Source: Salpingoeca rosetta
Taxonomy: Eukaryota; Protista; Choanoflagellata
Direction of reading: 5' to 3'
Length of the DNA stretch: 64,000 nucleotides
NCBI GenBank assembly: GCA_033442325.1
Contig: JAWQFM010000005.1
Span: 805,429-869,428, forward strand
The position numbers and the translations under genes are program-made. Position 1 is the stretch's first letter. Every line of letters begins with the position of its first letter. Positions 1 to 38,635 of the stretch are shown in pieces. The notes below the pieces were generated by a model. That model had not been told where the DNA came from. It saw only the letters and a list, made by a program, of their open reading frames with translations, and searched no databases.

Positions 1-50
1 TACCCATGCACTCATGCAATATGCAGAAACACACACACACATACACTCAC

Positions 51-308
51 CGCGTATTGGATGACGAGTTGTGACTTTCCAACTTGGGTGTCTCCAATGA
101 TAAGAGTCTTGATGAGCACATCCCTGAGTGGGCACGCGGAAGCACAGAATCGATCGGATAGTGGCGATCGGTGTTGTGACAGTGAGAGGCGGCGTGATGT
201 ATGCAATTCCACACAAAGGAACAACAGTGTACACAGCAAGATCCAAGCACCCACGATGTCACCCACGATGTTACCAACGATGTCATCACCACACGTCACA
301 CACACACA

Positions 309-381
<73 letters not shown>

Positions 382-401
382 CAGACTCACTTCGAAGCCA
401 T
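51..401 (-). CDS. Rab-family small GTPase, first two coding exons (gene continues beyond the left edge)
   Basis: Exon 401-391 (ATG GCT TCG AA|GTGAGT) spliced to exon 123-51 gives MASKDVLIKTLIIGDTQVGKSQLVIQYA, with a Rab-type G1 P-loop (GDxxVGKS). Donor GTGAGT follows at 50. Confidence 0.8.
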
Positions 402-789
402 GGCTGGTGGTGTGGCTGGCGTGTCGTGTGGTCGTGTGGGCTAGCTGGCTTGCAGGGGCGTGCGTGGCTGGTGGGTGTGTTCTGTGAAGTGCGCCACTTG
501 TTGCTGGTCGTGTGTTTCGATCGATCTTGGCTTGGCTTCTTGATTGTTGTTGCGAAGGAGCGGAGCGAAAATCGTGCACAGCTTTGCGTTTCTTTCCTTC
601 AGCGTTTCGTTGGCAGTGAACAGTGCTGACTGGACGCGAAGTCATGTGTGAGGTGTGATTTGGAGCGGAGAGGCTCGTGTATTGGTAAATGCATCAAGCA
701 AGCAAGCACGCACCGCCAACTCAAACTACAGGCACACACACACACACAGAGACAGAGACAGAGAGACACAGACACACACACACACGCAG

Positions 790-820
<31 letters not shown>

Positions 821-854
821 GACAGAGAGACAGACACACACAGACACAGAACAA

Positions 855-2846
<1,992 letters not shown>

Positions 2847-2946
2847 TCGCGGATGTAGAGAAGTGATGAATGATTTCGTGTATTTTTCAGCACTCGACTT
2901 CCGCTGCAACAACCCACAAGATGGCTGTGCGTCTGCACGCATGCAG

Positions 2947-3039
<93 letters not shown>

Positions 3040-3136
3040 TATCTGTGCCTGCTCCTTGTGCTTGTACCCTGTGCGCATCTGGTTCTCTCCGCTTGACTCA
3101 CCCACCAGCAACGATACCTTGCCTGCAACGCCACAC

Positions 3137-4049
3137 ATCCAGAGCCTGCTTCTTCGTCACGCTGCACGCGCTGCATTCAACGTTGCGCGGTATGTGTGTG
3201 TGTGCGTTTGTGTGTTAGTAGTGGTGTGCTTTTGTGTCTGCAATGTTGCTTAGATTCCTCACTCACGTAACCCTCTCTTTCTCTCGTGCTTGTGGTGCTG
3301 CTGTAGGCCCCGCATGGTGACCGCGCCGTTTGTGCGGTGTTACGCACTGGCACCTGAGGTGAAGCAACGCATTGATGACATGGTGCAGAACAACAAGCTC
3401 TTTGTGTTTATGAAGGGTACACCAGAGGCGCCCATGTGCGGCTTCAGCCGCGCCGTCGTTCAAGTGTTGGAGCTGCATGGTACGCAACTTGGCTCGCTGT
3501 GTGTGTGCGCGCGCATGTGTGTGTGTGTGCGTGTGAGCGTGTCTTTGGCTGTGCGTGTGTGGTTTTGTATCTACTTGTCTATCTCTCGGCGTATCTACCT
3601 CGGCTGCCTTCCTTTCTATCTTTCTGTCTGCCGGTCTTGCTTTCGTGAACCATGATCTTGCAGTGCGAACTGACGTGAGGCGCTTGTGCTTGCTTGCTGG
3701 CCGACTGTGGAAACAGGCATGGACCCCTTGGACCTTCAGACAGCCAACGTGCTGGAAGATGACAGCATTCGCAACGGCATCAAGGAGTACTCGTACGTTC
3801 TTGTGCCACTCGTACATGCGTCTGGTGCCTGCTGGCCAGGCTTTGCGCAATTCCGCTCATGACTGCTCTTTGACCTTCGTCTTGTGCCATCTCACATGTA
3901 TTTGCGTGCGCGCACACACGTGCAAATGTGCCTGCAGGGACTGGCCCACCATCCCCCAAGTGTATGTGAATGGCGAGTTTGTTGGCGGCTGCGACCTCAT
4001 GATCCAGATGCACCAGTCAGGTGTGTTCATGTGTGTGTGTGTGTGTGCT

Positions 4050-4089
<40 letters not shown>

Positions 4090-4358
4090 ACCTTTGTGTC
4101 TCGATCTTCCGCTCTTCCCAGCTGCCTGTCCATCCACCTGTCTGTGTTACATACTTTTGGCCACCGCCAGCACCTCTTACCCCGCTCACCTCATCCGCTC
4201 CCTTCACCTCCTCCTCTTACCTCCTGCGCTCGCCCCTTGTGCTGTGCTGTGGCTGTACAGGCGAGCTGGTTGACCTGCTGAAGGGCATCGGACACACGTC
4301 CCCATACGCAGATGTACAGGGGGACGGCGGCAGCAGCACAGACGGCAACAAGGCATAG
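3137..4358 (+). CDS. GLRX5: Mitochondrial monothiol glutaredoxin (CGFS class)
   Basis: Exons ~3137-3189, 3307-3479, 3717-3792, 3938-4020 and 4261-4358 give [55 protein letters not shown] and GELVDLL. The first in-frame ATG in the spliced model is at 3314. Confidence 0.93.
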
Positions 4359-4890
4359 GCACCACGTGTGCTGTCATCACTGTTGCATCCTCCCTTACAG
4401 ACTCCCACAACCTCTACTCTTGTTCGTGCTCAGGTCTTGCACGTGTGTTTGTGAGTGCCAACAGCACGCGCGCACGTGCGTATGTTTGGTGTAGTGTATC
4501 CTAAGCTGGTGTCAGCGCTCATACACAATCCTTCTCTTCCAGACAAATCAGAGAGCATAACTGCCCCACACACGTTCACTTCTGGGAGGGGTGGCCATGA
4601 TGATGATGATGATGATGATGATGACGGGGGGGGGAGGCGGTGGTGGTGTGGTGGTGCGCTATTTTCATTGTTCACAACGACGACAACATCACAGAGATCA
4701 CAGGAACAGCTAGCAATGGAACACAAGACAGACGGCAAAGAGGGAAGGGGGGCAGAAGTGTGGTTGTACGTGTTTCGATGCGACTGTAGAGTGGTGGTGG
4801 TGGTGGTGGGGGGGGGGGGTGCTGGCGTGTGCACGGGTGCTGGGTTCTGACGTGTGATGATGGTTGCGACCTCTCGCCTGGCTGCTTTGG

Positions 4891-8599
<3,709 letters not shown>

Positions 8600-8690
8600 C
8601 TTTGCTGTCGTGCTGTTGTCGAAGTGGCACAACGAGGAGAAAATTGTACAAAACATCAATCAATTTTCACAACTGAAAGCAAGAGAGGAT

Positions 8691-9360
8691 ATGGAGCGAC
8701 GAGAACAAGAACAACAAGATGAGGATGGTGGGCACGAGGAAGTGACGTTCGTGGCGCGTGTTCCGAATGGAGATGAGGCAGATACGACAAGTAGCGATGA
8801 CGACGGGGATGAGGGGGACCTGGGCGCTTGGGATACCGGTGTTGAGGACGGGCGCGACGATGAAGGCGTGGCATCCACTGCAGGCTACATCCCACTGATG
8901 CTGGACAGTGACGAAGGCACCGCCAACGACGACGATGGGGAAAGCGGCGATGACAGCGACGACGATGCTGATGCTGATGTCGATGGTTCTAGTGATGGTG
9001 TCGATGACGACGCTGATGCTGATGGTGACGACGATGCTGATGGTAATGGTGGTGGTGGTGGTGGTGGTGAGGAGGAGGAGGCGGTGGTAGTGGAAGATGT
9101 CAATGGAGAAACCAGTGGCAGACATGAGGAAGAGGGATCAGAAGGGGTGGTGGAACCTCGGCAATTTACAGCAACCATGGCTGTCGCCATGCAGATTCGT
9201 GCGCAGGGCACCATTCACGTGGAACCTGTTGAACCTCAACACGCCAGAGCAGACGATTTCGCCCTCTCAGAAGAACACATTCACACCATCAAGGCTTGCA
9301 TGGCATCCTTCTCACTCCCCTGCCCGCCCGACTTCAAGTACGCACACGCGTGCGTGTGTG

Positions 9361-9400
<40 letters not shown>

Positions 9401-9747
9401 GTGTGTGTGTGTGTGCGTGTGTCGACGTATTTTATCCGTTACTCCGTGTACGTGCGGTCTGTGCCCATGCCTATGCCTTTGTACCATTGTTGGACTGGCG
9501 ATAGCGGCCTCCCCGCTGCACACAAACACACAAACACACACACACACACACACACACACCATGCAATGGCAACTCACACCATGCTACTATGCGTGTCGTT
9601 TGGAATAGCATGACGGAAGTGGACACAACAATCCAGCGCGTGCTGCAGCGGACACAGCACCAGCAGGAACAGCACTCGGCAGGCACAGGCGCACATCAAA
9701 CGCACCAACAACAACAACAGGATCAGCAGCAGCCACAACGAGAATAG
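8691..9747 (+). CDS. Male-enhanced antigen 1 (MEA1)-like acidic protein
   Basis: Asp/Glu-rich N-terminus followed by LSEEHIHTIKACMASFSLP, which resembles the MEA1 C-terminal motif. Exons are 8691-9337 and 9609-9747. Confidence 0.6.
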
Positions 9748-10066
9748 CGGCGAAACCAAAACGAGTGAGAACAACAGCAACAAGCTCAACAAGCAAATGA
9801 AGATGAACATGTGCCAGTGAAAGATGGGCAATAACAGAAATCGATGTAACAGAGTAACCAGACACAACCAACACCAGCATATCGCGCCACAATTTCAACA
9901 ACAGCAGTAGCAGTCACAATTGCAAGAACAGCAATAGCAGTCAGCATTGGTTGGCGAGCATGTGTGCGCTATTGGCTGGGACCTCCCAATTACGGCAGTG
10001 GTGTGCTTGCTCAGTGATATGACACCATCCGTCCGCTCCCCCCCCCCACACACATTGCGTGTCCCT

Positions 10067-18157
<8,091 letters not shown>

Positions 18158-18307
18158 CTGTCGCCTGCTTGCTTGTTTGCTTGTTGCTGCTTGGCAGTTT
18201 GTTTCGCAGCGCAGTGCGTAGCTGTTTGTGTTTGGGGTTGCGCTTCTTGTTTGCTTCGCGACCCTCGCGAGTTGCGTAGATTTATTGGAAGATACGGCCA
18301 TAATTCA

Positions 18308-30641
<12,334 letters not shown>

Positions 30642-30698
30642 TGCAATCACTGTATGGACTGCCGTGTGCGTGTGTGTGTGTGTGTGTGTGTGCGGTGC

Positions 30699-30734
<36 letters not shown>

Positions 30735-31185
30735 NNNNNNNNNNNNNNNNNNNNNNNNNNNNNNNNNNNNNNNNNNNNNNNNNNNNNNNNNNNNNNNNNN
30801 NNNNNNNNNNNNNNNNNNNNNNNNNNNNNNNNNNNNNNNNNNNNNNNNNNNNNNNNNNNNNNNNNNNNNNNNNNNNNNNNNNNNNNNNNNNNNNNNNNNN
30901 NNNNNNNNNNNNNNNNNNNNNNNNNNNNNNNNNNNNNNNNNNNNNNNNNNNNNNNNNNNNNNNNNNNNNNNNNNNNNNNNNNNNNNNNNNNNNNNNNNNN
31001 NNNNNNNNNNNNNNNNNNNNNNNNNNNNNNNNNNNNNNNNNNNNNNNNNNNNNNNNNNNNNNNNNNNNNNNNNNNNNNNNNNNNNNNNNNNNNNNNNNNN
31101 NNNNNNNNNNNNNNNNNNNNNNNNNNNNNNNNNNNNNNNNNNNNNNNNNNNNNNNNNNNNNNNNNNNNNNNNNNNNNNNNNNNNN
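30735..31185. other. Assembly gap (N run)
   Basis: Run of N with a (GT)n tract on its left side. Confidence 0.99.
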
Positions 31186-31770
31186 GTGCTCATCATCGAC
31201 CCCACTGCCAACACCACGGACACCACAACCATCACCGGCTTCAGTGGCAACTTCAAGTGGTTTGGCGGTGTGCTGGCACCCAACGGCCTAATCTACGGCA
31301 TTCCTTCCCACCACTCGTCCGTTCTCATCATCGATCCAACCGACAACTCGGCCGACATTACCACCATGTCTGGGCTGGGCGCTCTGCCATACAAATGGAA
31401 TGGCGCAGCGCTGGCCAACAACGGCATGATCTATGCGTCCCCACGCGACTCAGACCGCGTGCTTATCATCGACCCCAGCACCAACACCGCCGACAACACC
31501 ACGATTGCCGGCAGCAGTGCGTTGCGCGAGTCCAGCAACAAGTGGTTTTGCAACGTCGTCCTGGGAGACAACCGTGTGCTCGCCGTTCCGCTGCAAGGCA
31601 CGGCGGCACTGGTCATTGATCCCGCCACCAACGTCGTCGACACAATCACCATCGCCGCCATCCCGCCCGGCACGCTCAACTGGGGTGGCTGTGTCCTGGG
31701 TGATGATGGCGCAGTCTACGCTGTGCCATCGCACTCGTCCTCCGTCCTGGTCATCGGCACACACTGCTGA
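31186..31770 (+). CDS. Beta-propeller-like repeat protein (VLIIDP...KWxGGVLAPNGxIYGIP repeats), 5' end lost in the gap
   Basis: About four ~45-aa repeats in one open frame with coding-type codon usage, ending VLVIGTHC*. Confidence 0.75.
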   Translation: MLIIDPTANTTDTTTITGFSGNFKWFGGVLAPNGLIYGIPSHHSSVLIIDPTDNSADITTMSGLGALPYKWNGAALANNGMIYASPRDSDRVLIIDPSTNTADNTTIAGSSALRESSNKWFCNVVLGDNRVLAVPLQGTAALVIDPATNVVDTITIAAIPPGTLNWGGCVLGDDGAVYAVPSHSSSVLVIGTHC

Positions 31771-31775
31771 AGCAG

Positions 31776-31862
<87 letters not shown>

Positions 31863-32135
31863 TTTGTATGTGTGTGTGTGTGTGTTTGAGCTAGCTGACA
31901 GTGTGTTGCCCCAGTGTTCTCTTGACCCCATGGCTCTCTCCCGTCTTCGTCACTCTTCTCCTCTCATTGGCGATCAAGATCCCTCACAACAAACGGTTCC
32001 TTTACACAGCACACCTTGCTGGGTGTTTACTGCTTCGATAATGTGTTCGCTCGTCGCCCCGTTACCTCATTACACCCGCCCCTTCTTGTCCCTTGCCCAA
32101 ACCATGGATGTAGAAGCACTGCACTGCGTGTTGGG

Positions 32136-34696
32136 TCAGTTGCGGTTGCGCCGGGTCTTGTCGATAACAAACGCAACCACGTCGTCTGCCTCGCGGTTAC
32201 CCGTGTACTCCACATCCTCCTGTCGTGTCTCCCCGAGCAACCTGGATCATGTGCCCCATAAAGCATTTCACAACAAAGAAACGTGTTATGTCAACACTGA
32301 AGTGCTCCCCTTGCTGTCAAATGCACACACACACACACGTACACACACACACACACACGCACACACACACGTACACACGTACACACACGTACACACACAC
32401 ACACGCAATGTTGCTGTGCGGACCTGAGAGTTGGGTATCCTGTGACGCCCTGGTCCTTGCAAAGCTCCTCTTGTTGTGTGCAGTCCACAGCAACAACCGG
32501 CGAATTCAAGCGCCCCTTTGCCTGTTGGTCGTCGTCATTGAGAGTAATGCGCGTAAGTGTGTTGTGTTGTGTGAGGGTGTGTGTGCGTGTGTTGTGTATG
32601 ATAGGAGCTCAAATTGCTTTCCATGACTCCTCAACCTCCTCCAGCACACACACACACAATACACAACGCTACACAACGCTACACACGCTACACAAGCTAC
32701 ACTCACGACACACTCACTACACACACACACACACACACAATACACAACGCTACACACGCTACACACATTTCAGATTCACACATTTCAGCCACCTTAATGT
32801 AATCGGTGTGCATGGCACGGCAATGGTTGCACCACGGTGCATAGAACATCACCATTGTGCCGCTCTTTTCCCTTCGCAGCCGCGCCAGCCTCTCTCCTCC
32901 AACATGCTCCACCTTCTCGCGAAACTGGCTGTCACCGCCATCATCGCCGCCACTGCGAGACTCGCTACCCCGCCCCTTGCTGCTGCCGCTGTGCTGCTGC
33001 TGCTGTTGTTGTTGTTGCTGCTGCTGTGCAATCTGCTGCTCGAGGTGCTGCACCATTTGGTGGCAGCGCGTGCGATCCGTGCGCACATGCAAACACGCCT
33101 GTAAAGGGAGGAAGGGGCGGGCAGAGGGATGCACACCGTGAGATTGTGCATGTTGCGTGTTGGACGTGGTGGGTTGTGGTGGTCGAGGAGGTTGGATTGG
33201 TGGTGGTAGCTGCGGCAGGGCGCGTGTGTTTAGCAGATGAAGGCTGTGCTCATTCACTCGGCCAAATGCACCGGCCACATGCAGGGTGAACGTCAAACAT
33301 CAACCAAAATGAAAGAAATAAAGAGCAGGCCGACATCACACCTCCTTCCCCTTCACCCAAGCCCCAGCCCTAGTTTTGAAAAGACACGACCTTGAATTGC
33401 TCGAGGGCGGCGTTGAGATTGCCTTTGCGCATGTACGCATATCCGAGGTTGCGGTGGATGACGCCGACATCGGTCGAGTAGATTGGATGCTTGTAGTGCA
33501 TCGCCAGCCCGCTCCTGTACGTCTGCAATCGCACGCAGGTGCAAGGAAATGGGCGCGTACATTGCGTACGTGTACAATGCATTGGTCACCTCAGTGCTGT
33601 AACGTGGCGAGCACGTGTGGTGCAGGTGAGCGACTAACAATACAGCGACAGTGCAACCACGCATTCACCTCAATGGCTTCATCAATCCGCCCAGCCTTTG
33701 CCAAATTGACCCCTGCGATGTGTGTGCGTGTGTATGTGTGTGTGCACGTGCGCGCGCGTGTGTGTCCATGAATGAGTTGAGGAAATTGCCAAACATGGTA
33801 TTGATGATGGCGCCAAAGGCATGCTGCGTTCACCCTGCATTGCCAACACACACGCGCACATACAGCACACCGAGATTGATGTATGCGGAGACGTAAGGCG
33901 GATAGAGTCGGATTGCTTCACGGAAATGGTGTTCTTGTTCCTGTTGGCCATGAAGCGAGTACACGGTCACAACAGCACGGCAACGTGGACAAGGCATGAA
34001 AAGGCGAGCAAAGGGACATGTTGTTGCATATGGTTTGTGGTAAGAACACGTGATACGCGTACACGCACACGAGTGTCAACATCATCGCAAACAAACCAAA
34101 CCAAACCAAACCAAACCAAAACACAACACAACACAACACAACACAAATCAAAACAACACAAATCAAAACAACACAACACAACAAAACACAACACAAACAA
34201 CACAAGCAACTACGGTGCGCGTGCGCATTCTCACCTCGCCAGACATGTAGTATGCGGCGTTGTGATGCAACTTTGCGTTTGTTGGCGCAGCAATCAAACC
34301 CGATCGGTACAACGACAGTTCATCTTTCCAATCCTACAACGTTCATACGCGTGTGAGGTGTGAGGGGGGAGGGGCACGCGTGAGTCACGAGCACGAGCAG
34401 TTTACATGAGCACATACGTGGAACCACAGGCACATGCGCGCACGCACGTGCGCATGCACGGACCAACCTCGTTGCGGGTGTGTGTGCGGAATGAATACGC
34501 AGCAACAACGAGGGCGAGAAGCGCCGCAGCGTATGAGCGCCAATGGAGCGGTCGGTTGCCTGCAAGCACTCGTGCTCCAATGATGAGCAGCAGGCAGAAG
34601 CCAATGCTGGTGGGTGGGTTCATCACACCAGCAAGGGGACACGTGAGCATCGTACTTGACGGCATGATTTCGTGATGCAGCACGCAGCAACGCACA

Positions 34697-34749
<53 letters not shown>

Positions 34750-35370
34750 CACACACACACGGGCTTCGTAGGCCTACATTGAAAAGGCAGTCAGGTCTCA
34801 ATGCAGCCGAAAAAAATGCTAAAAGGTTGCTGAGTCAAGGATGATGAGACCCCCCAACTGGTAGCTTCTGTTCCTATTTTAAACGGCGTCACAATCTTGG
34901 CCCGGAGCTCATGCAATGGGTGTTGGACCGTGTAACATGTAGGGTGGGAAATGTGAGGCTAAGTAGAACGTGCCAAATTATTAGTGGCCAACAGCCCCCG
35001 ACACGCCGAATTATCTCAAGAAAATCCAGTGGATTGACCACATCTCAACATCCTCAATAGGGCGCAACCCCTCCAAGCCTCAAGTCGTAGCGCGAGTCAA
35101 GCTAGAAACCTGCTCACTTCGCATTACGCCTATGACGAGTGCGTCTAGGTTAATTAACGCGCCCACTGGCGAGATTTTCCTCGTACTAGGGCTTGTCCGT
35201 GATCAGATGGACTGATAAAGGGTCCGCGTTCGTATTTTGCCGGACGACGATAGTGTCTGAGTGCACATCGAGAGTCATGTTGTCCCAGAGGGGCTGGTCT
35301 CCGGTCTTAGGTAGACTATATCGCGGTCCAATCGCATAACACACACACACTACTACACACACTACTACTA

Positions 35371-35437
<67 letters not shown>

Positions 35438-35900
35438 CACACACACACACACCTGCGTGCGCGAAGGGCAGCGAGGATGACTGCGGCCAACGCGAGGTAG
35501 AACAGGAGGATGTAAACAATACGGGGATCCGATGCAGATGTAACACTCGGAACGGCGCCGGCCGACCAGTCGCAGCAGAGCCAGAGCGGGAAGATGAGCA
35601 GCCAGGCGTGCAGCGTGACATAGAGGTTTTTGGTGAGAGAGCGGAACACAAAGCTCTCCATGTGGTTGGCAGGATTGGTCTTCTCATCCACCTGTCGTTG
35701 TGTGACAACGCGTGCAAGTCGACAAGCCACAGAGACGATGCGTGAGGTGTGTTGTACGTGTTTGGAACGCGCTGGGTTCAAACAAAACAGACCTGCCAAC
35801 GTCAAACTTGCCACCGGGTAATAACCCACAGAGCATGAATAGACAGCACGCACACTTTGACACAAATATTGGCATCCACAACACAACCACCACAGCTGCT

Positions 35901-35936
<36 letters not shown>

Positions 35937-37011
35937 ACACACAGCTCCACAGCTCCACAGACACACACACTCTCTCTCATCATCACACACACGCGCACAC
36001 ACACCGAGCGCGACAGCCCACCTTGATGTGGACTTTGTTGAGAGAGACGCGGTATTTCATGACGATAGCGGAGAGGACGAGCAGAAGCAGCAGGCGCACA
36101 ACGGCACCGGTGGACACTGTAATCCATGGACTGCTCCTGTCCTTCTTCTGCTGCTGCGAAGGGCCACTGACGGCCACTTTTGGGCGCCGACCTCCGCCCG
36201 GACGTTTTGTCCCCTTTGCAGACTAGGGAAGACCGGGCATGCCATGTCACACGTGACACAAATGAGCCGTGATGTCAGGGATTGCAAGAGCACAGGAAGA
36301 CAGCACAGGAAGAAAGCACAGGAAGAAGCGGCTGAGCATACAACACGATAGGTGATGCGAATGACTGCAGCAAATACACAACACCTGGAGCGTAGTCCTC
36401 ACCCGAGCACGGAGCAGGAGGGCGATGGGATTGAGGTTGCAGTTGACCAAGAGCTCATATGCGAGGCAGACACCAACCACAGTGACACCTGACAGCACAT
36501 GAGAATGGGGAGGGGAAATGGGAAGGTGATGGATCGCGTCGTGAGGTGGATGCAGGGTGCATTCAATAAATTGCACAGGCAGCCCAATGTTCACATGGCA
36601 ATCGACAAGGTGGGCTGGCACAGTGAAAGAGAAGTTATTCACACACATACACACACATGTGCGCACCTTGTTCCTTTGAGAGCATGGCAGCTGTTGCGAG
36701 GGCGACGGAGATGGCAACCCATGTTGCCGCTGCCTTGATGTCACCAACATACTTGCTTGCTCTGGTCAAATGAATGTGGAGCAACAGGCGTATGCGCGTA
36801 AGTGTGAGCGTAGATGAACTGTGACATACAGCCGTGACAGGTGGGCTGGTGTCGGCAGGAATTGTCGCGGGTCAAGTACCTGGTGTAAGCGAGAAACGAA
36901 GCGATGAAGAAGATGGCAGAGAGCAGCTCAGCCCGGCCAACAAGACCGGTCACCGCCTGTGGTGTTGAGGTGTGTGTGTGTGCGTGTGTGTGTGCGCGTG
37001 TGTGTGCGTGC

Positions 37012-37099
<88 letters not shown>

Positions 37100-37157
37100 G
37101 TGTGGGCGTTTGTGTGCGTTTGTGTGTGTGTGTGTGCGTGTGTGTGGGCGTTTGTGT

Positions 37158-37254
<97 letters not shown>

Positions 37255-38535
37255 GCTGTGCTGTGCGATGCAATTATGTCACGTTAGCCTGGACGAACCT
37301 CGGTGTGAATGGGGTGGGCTGCAAAGAGACTGCCGACGAGCACAAGCTCGGGTGTTGTCGGTGCGTCAATCACAAGAGGTGTCATGACCACCACCAAGCA
37401 GCTGCAAGATCACATGTGTGTATGTGTGTGTGTGTGTGCACGTGTGTATGTGAGAGAGAGAGAGTGTGTGTGTGTGTGTGAGAGTGAGAGTGAGAGAGGG
37501 TTGTTTGCGGGGTGTGGTGTGGCATGCGGAGTGGTGTCTGCTCGTCACAGAAGTGCAACATGCACACACACGCATGCACACACACACACATGCACATGCT
37601 TCAATTTGGAACCTGACCTGGCAATGGTGTGCATGGCCACGTTGGTGATGTGAAAACCAGTTTCGTTCATGCCGTGGATGTCTGGCATTCATGGTGACAT
37701 GAGATGTGAGTTTCGACATGGGCTGTGCTGCACACAGGGAAGGCTGAGCTTGAGGTGCAGCTGGCGGTGTAGATGCTTACCGTGTCCCCAGCGGAAGGTG
37801 AGGGTGGTCAACGGCCGATAGGACTGCAGCAGTGACACACGGTTGTGAACACACAACACACAATCAGTGATAGTGCACAAGGAAGAACAAGGCGGATCAG
37901 CGGAGGGTTCAAACGCAGGGGAATGGCAGGAGTAACGACAAATCACAGACAGAGAGACGTGCACACCTCGTGTTGGGCGTCGTGCGCGTCCATCCTCTCG
38001 CCCCAAAAGTTGTCGTTAAACACATCCAGCACTGATGTCTTGGAAGAGTCCACATCAGCATTCTGCAGAAGAGAAACGCACACACACACAGGTCACCAGT
38101 GCACTCGTTTGTCATTGGCAGAGGAGAACAAGCTCGAAAGCTGAGAAGATCCAAACTTCAACGCCTTTGCTTCAACGTCTTTGTGTCAACGTCTTTGTGT
38201 CAACGCCTTTGTGTCAACGCCCTGTGCGCCAAAAGCTTCGCTTCAGACACACATGCACATGCACACACATGCACACACATGCACGCACACACAGAGAAGC
38301 GTGCTGCAAGTACCTGCTGGATGGCTGGGAGGTCGTCAAACACGAATTTGCCATGGTAGCTGTTTGAGTACGCGACCGCCGTCACCACAAGCGTGCAAGC
38401 GAATGCCAGCAGCAATGAGGACGTGCTTGTTGGAGCCGCCATGCTCGAGGACGACGCCCGTGGTGGTTGATGTTGATGGTGTGCTTTGCCAGCATCATCG
38501 CCGCCGCTAGCAGCCGCTGTCCTCCCACCAGCCAT
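32136..38535 (-). CDS. TMTC: TMTC-family protein O-mannosyltransferase (GT-C, DUF1736, TPRs) with a C-terminal thioredoxin/PDI domain
   Basis: TMTC motifs [40 protein letters not shown] and [13 protein letters not shown]...DPR. TPRs SAYINLGV and IHRNLGYAY. Then [18 protein letters not shown]...GVTGYPTLR and [15 protein letters not shown], with the stop at 32136-32138. One conserved exon is missing between 35453 and ~34610. Confidence 0.85.
34091..34205. repeat. Pentanucleotide (AAACC)n/(ACAAC)n repeat, intronic
   Basis: Visible directly in the sequence. Confidence 0.85.
34761..35340. other. Compositionally alien, random-looking 580-bp segment inside the TMTC gene
   Basis: No microsatellites, even base usage, many TA/TAG words, no long ORF and no terminal repeats. 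Bounded on both sides by (CA)n. Confidence 0.7.
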
Positions 38536-38635
38536 GTTCTTGTTGTAAAACAGCATGTAAAGTAGTTGACCCTGAAATCAGGGGGCCATTCCCGCCACTG
38601 CCACTGCGCACGTCTCAACAACAGCAGCGGCGACG

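Noticed and set aside
34794-34851. Inward-facing BsaI sites (GGTCTC...GAGACC), with a third site at ~35296
   Set aside because: Suggestive of cloning design, but no other vector features are present and chance occurrence cannot be excluded.
34761-35340. CRISPR-like array, MITE or structured RNA
   Set aside because: No periodic repeats, terminal inverted repeats, target-site duplication or long hairpin were seen; only short words such as CTCAA recur.
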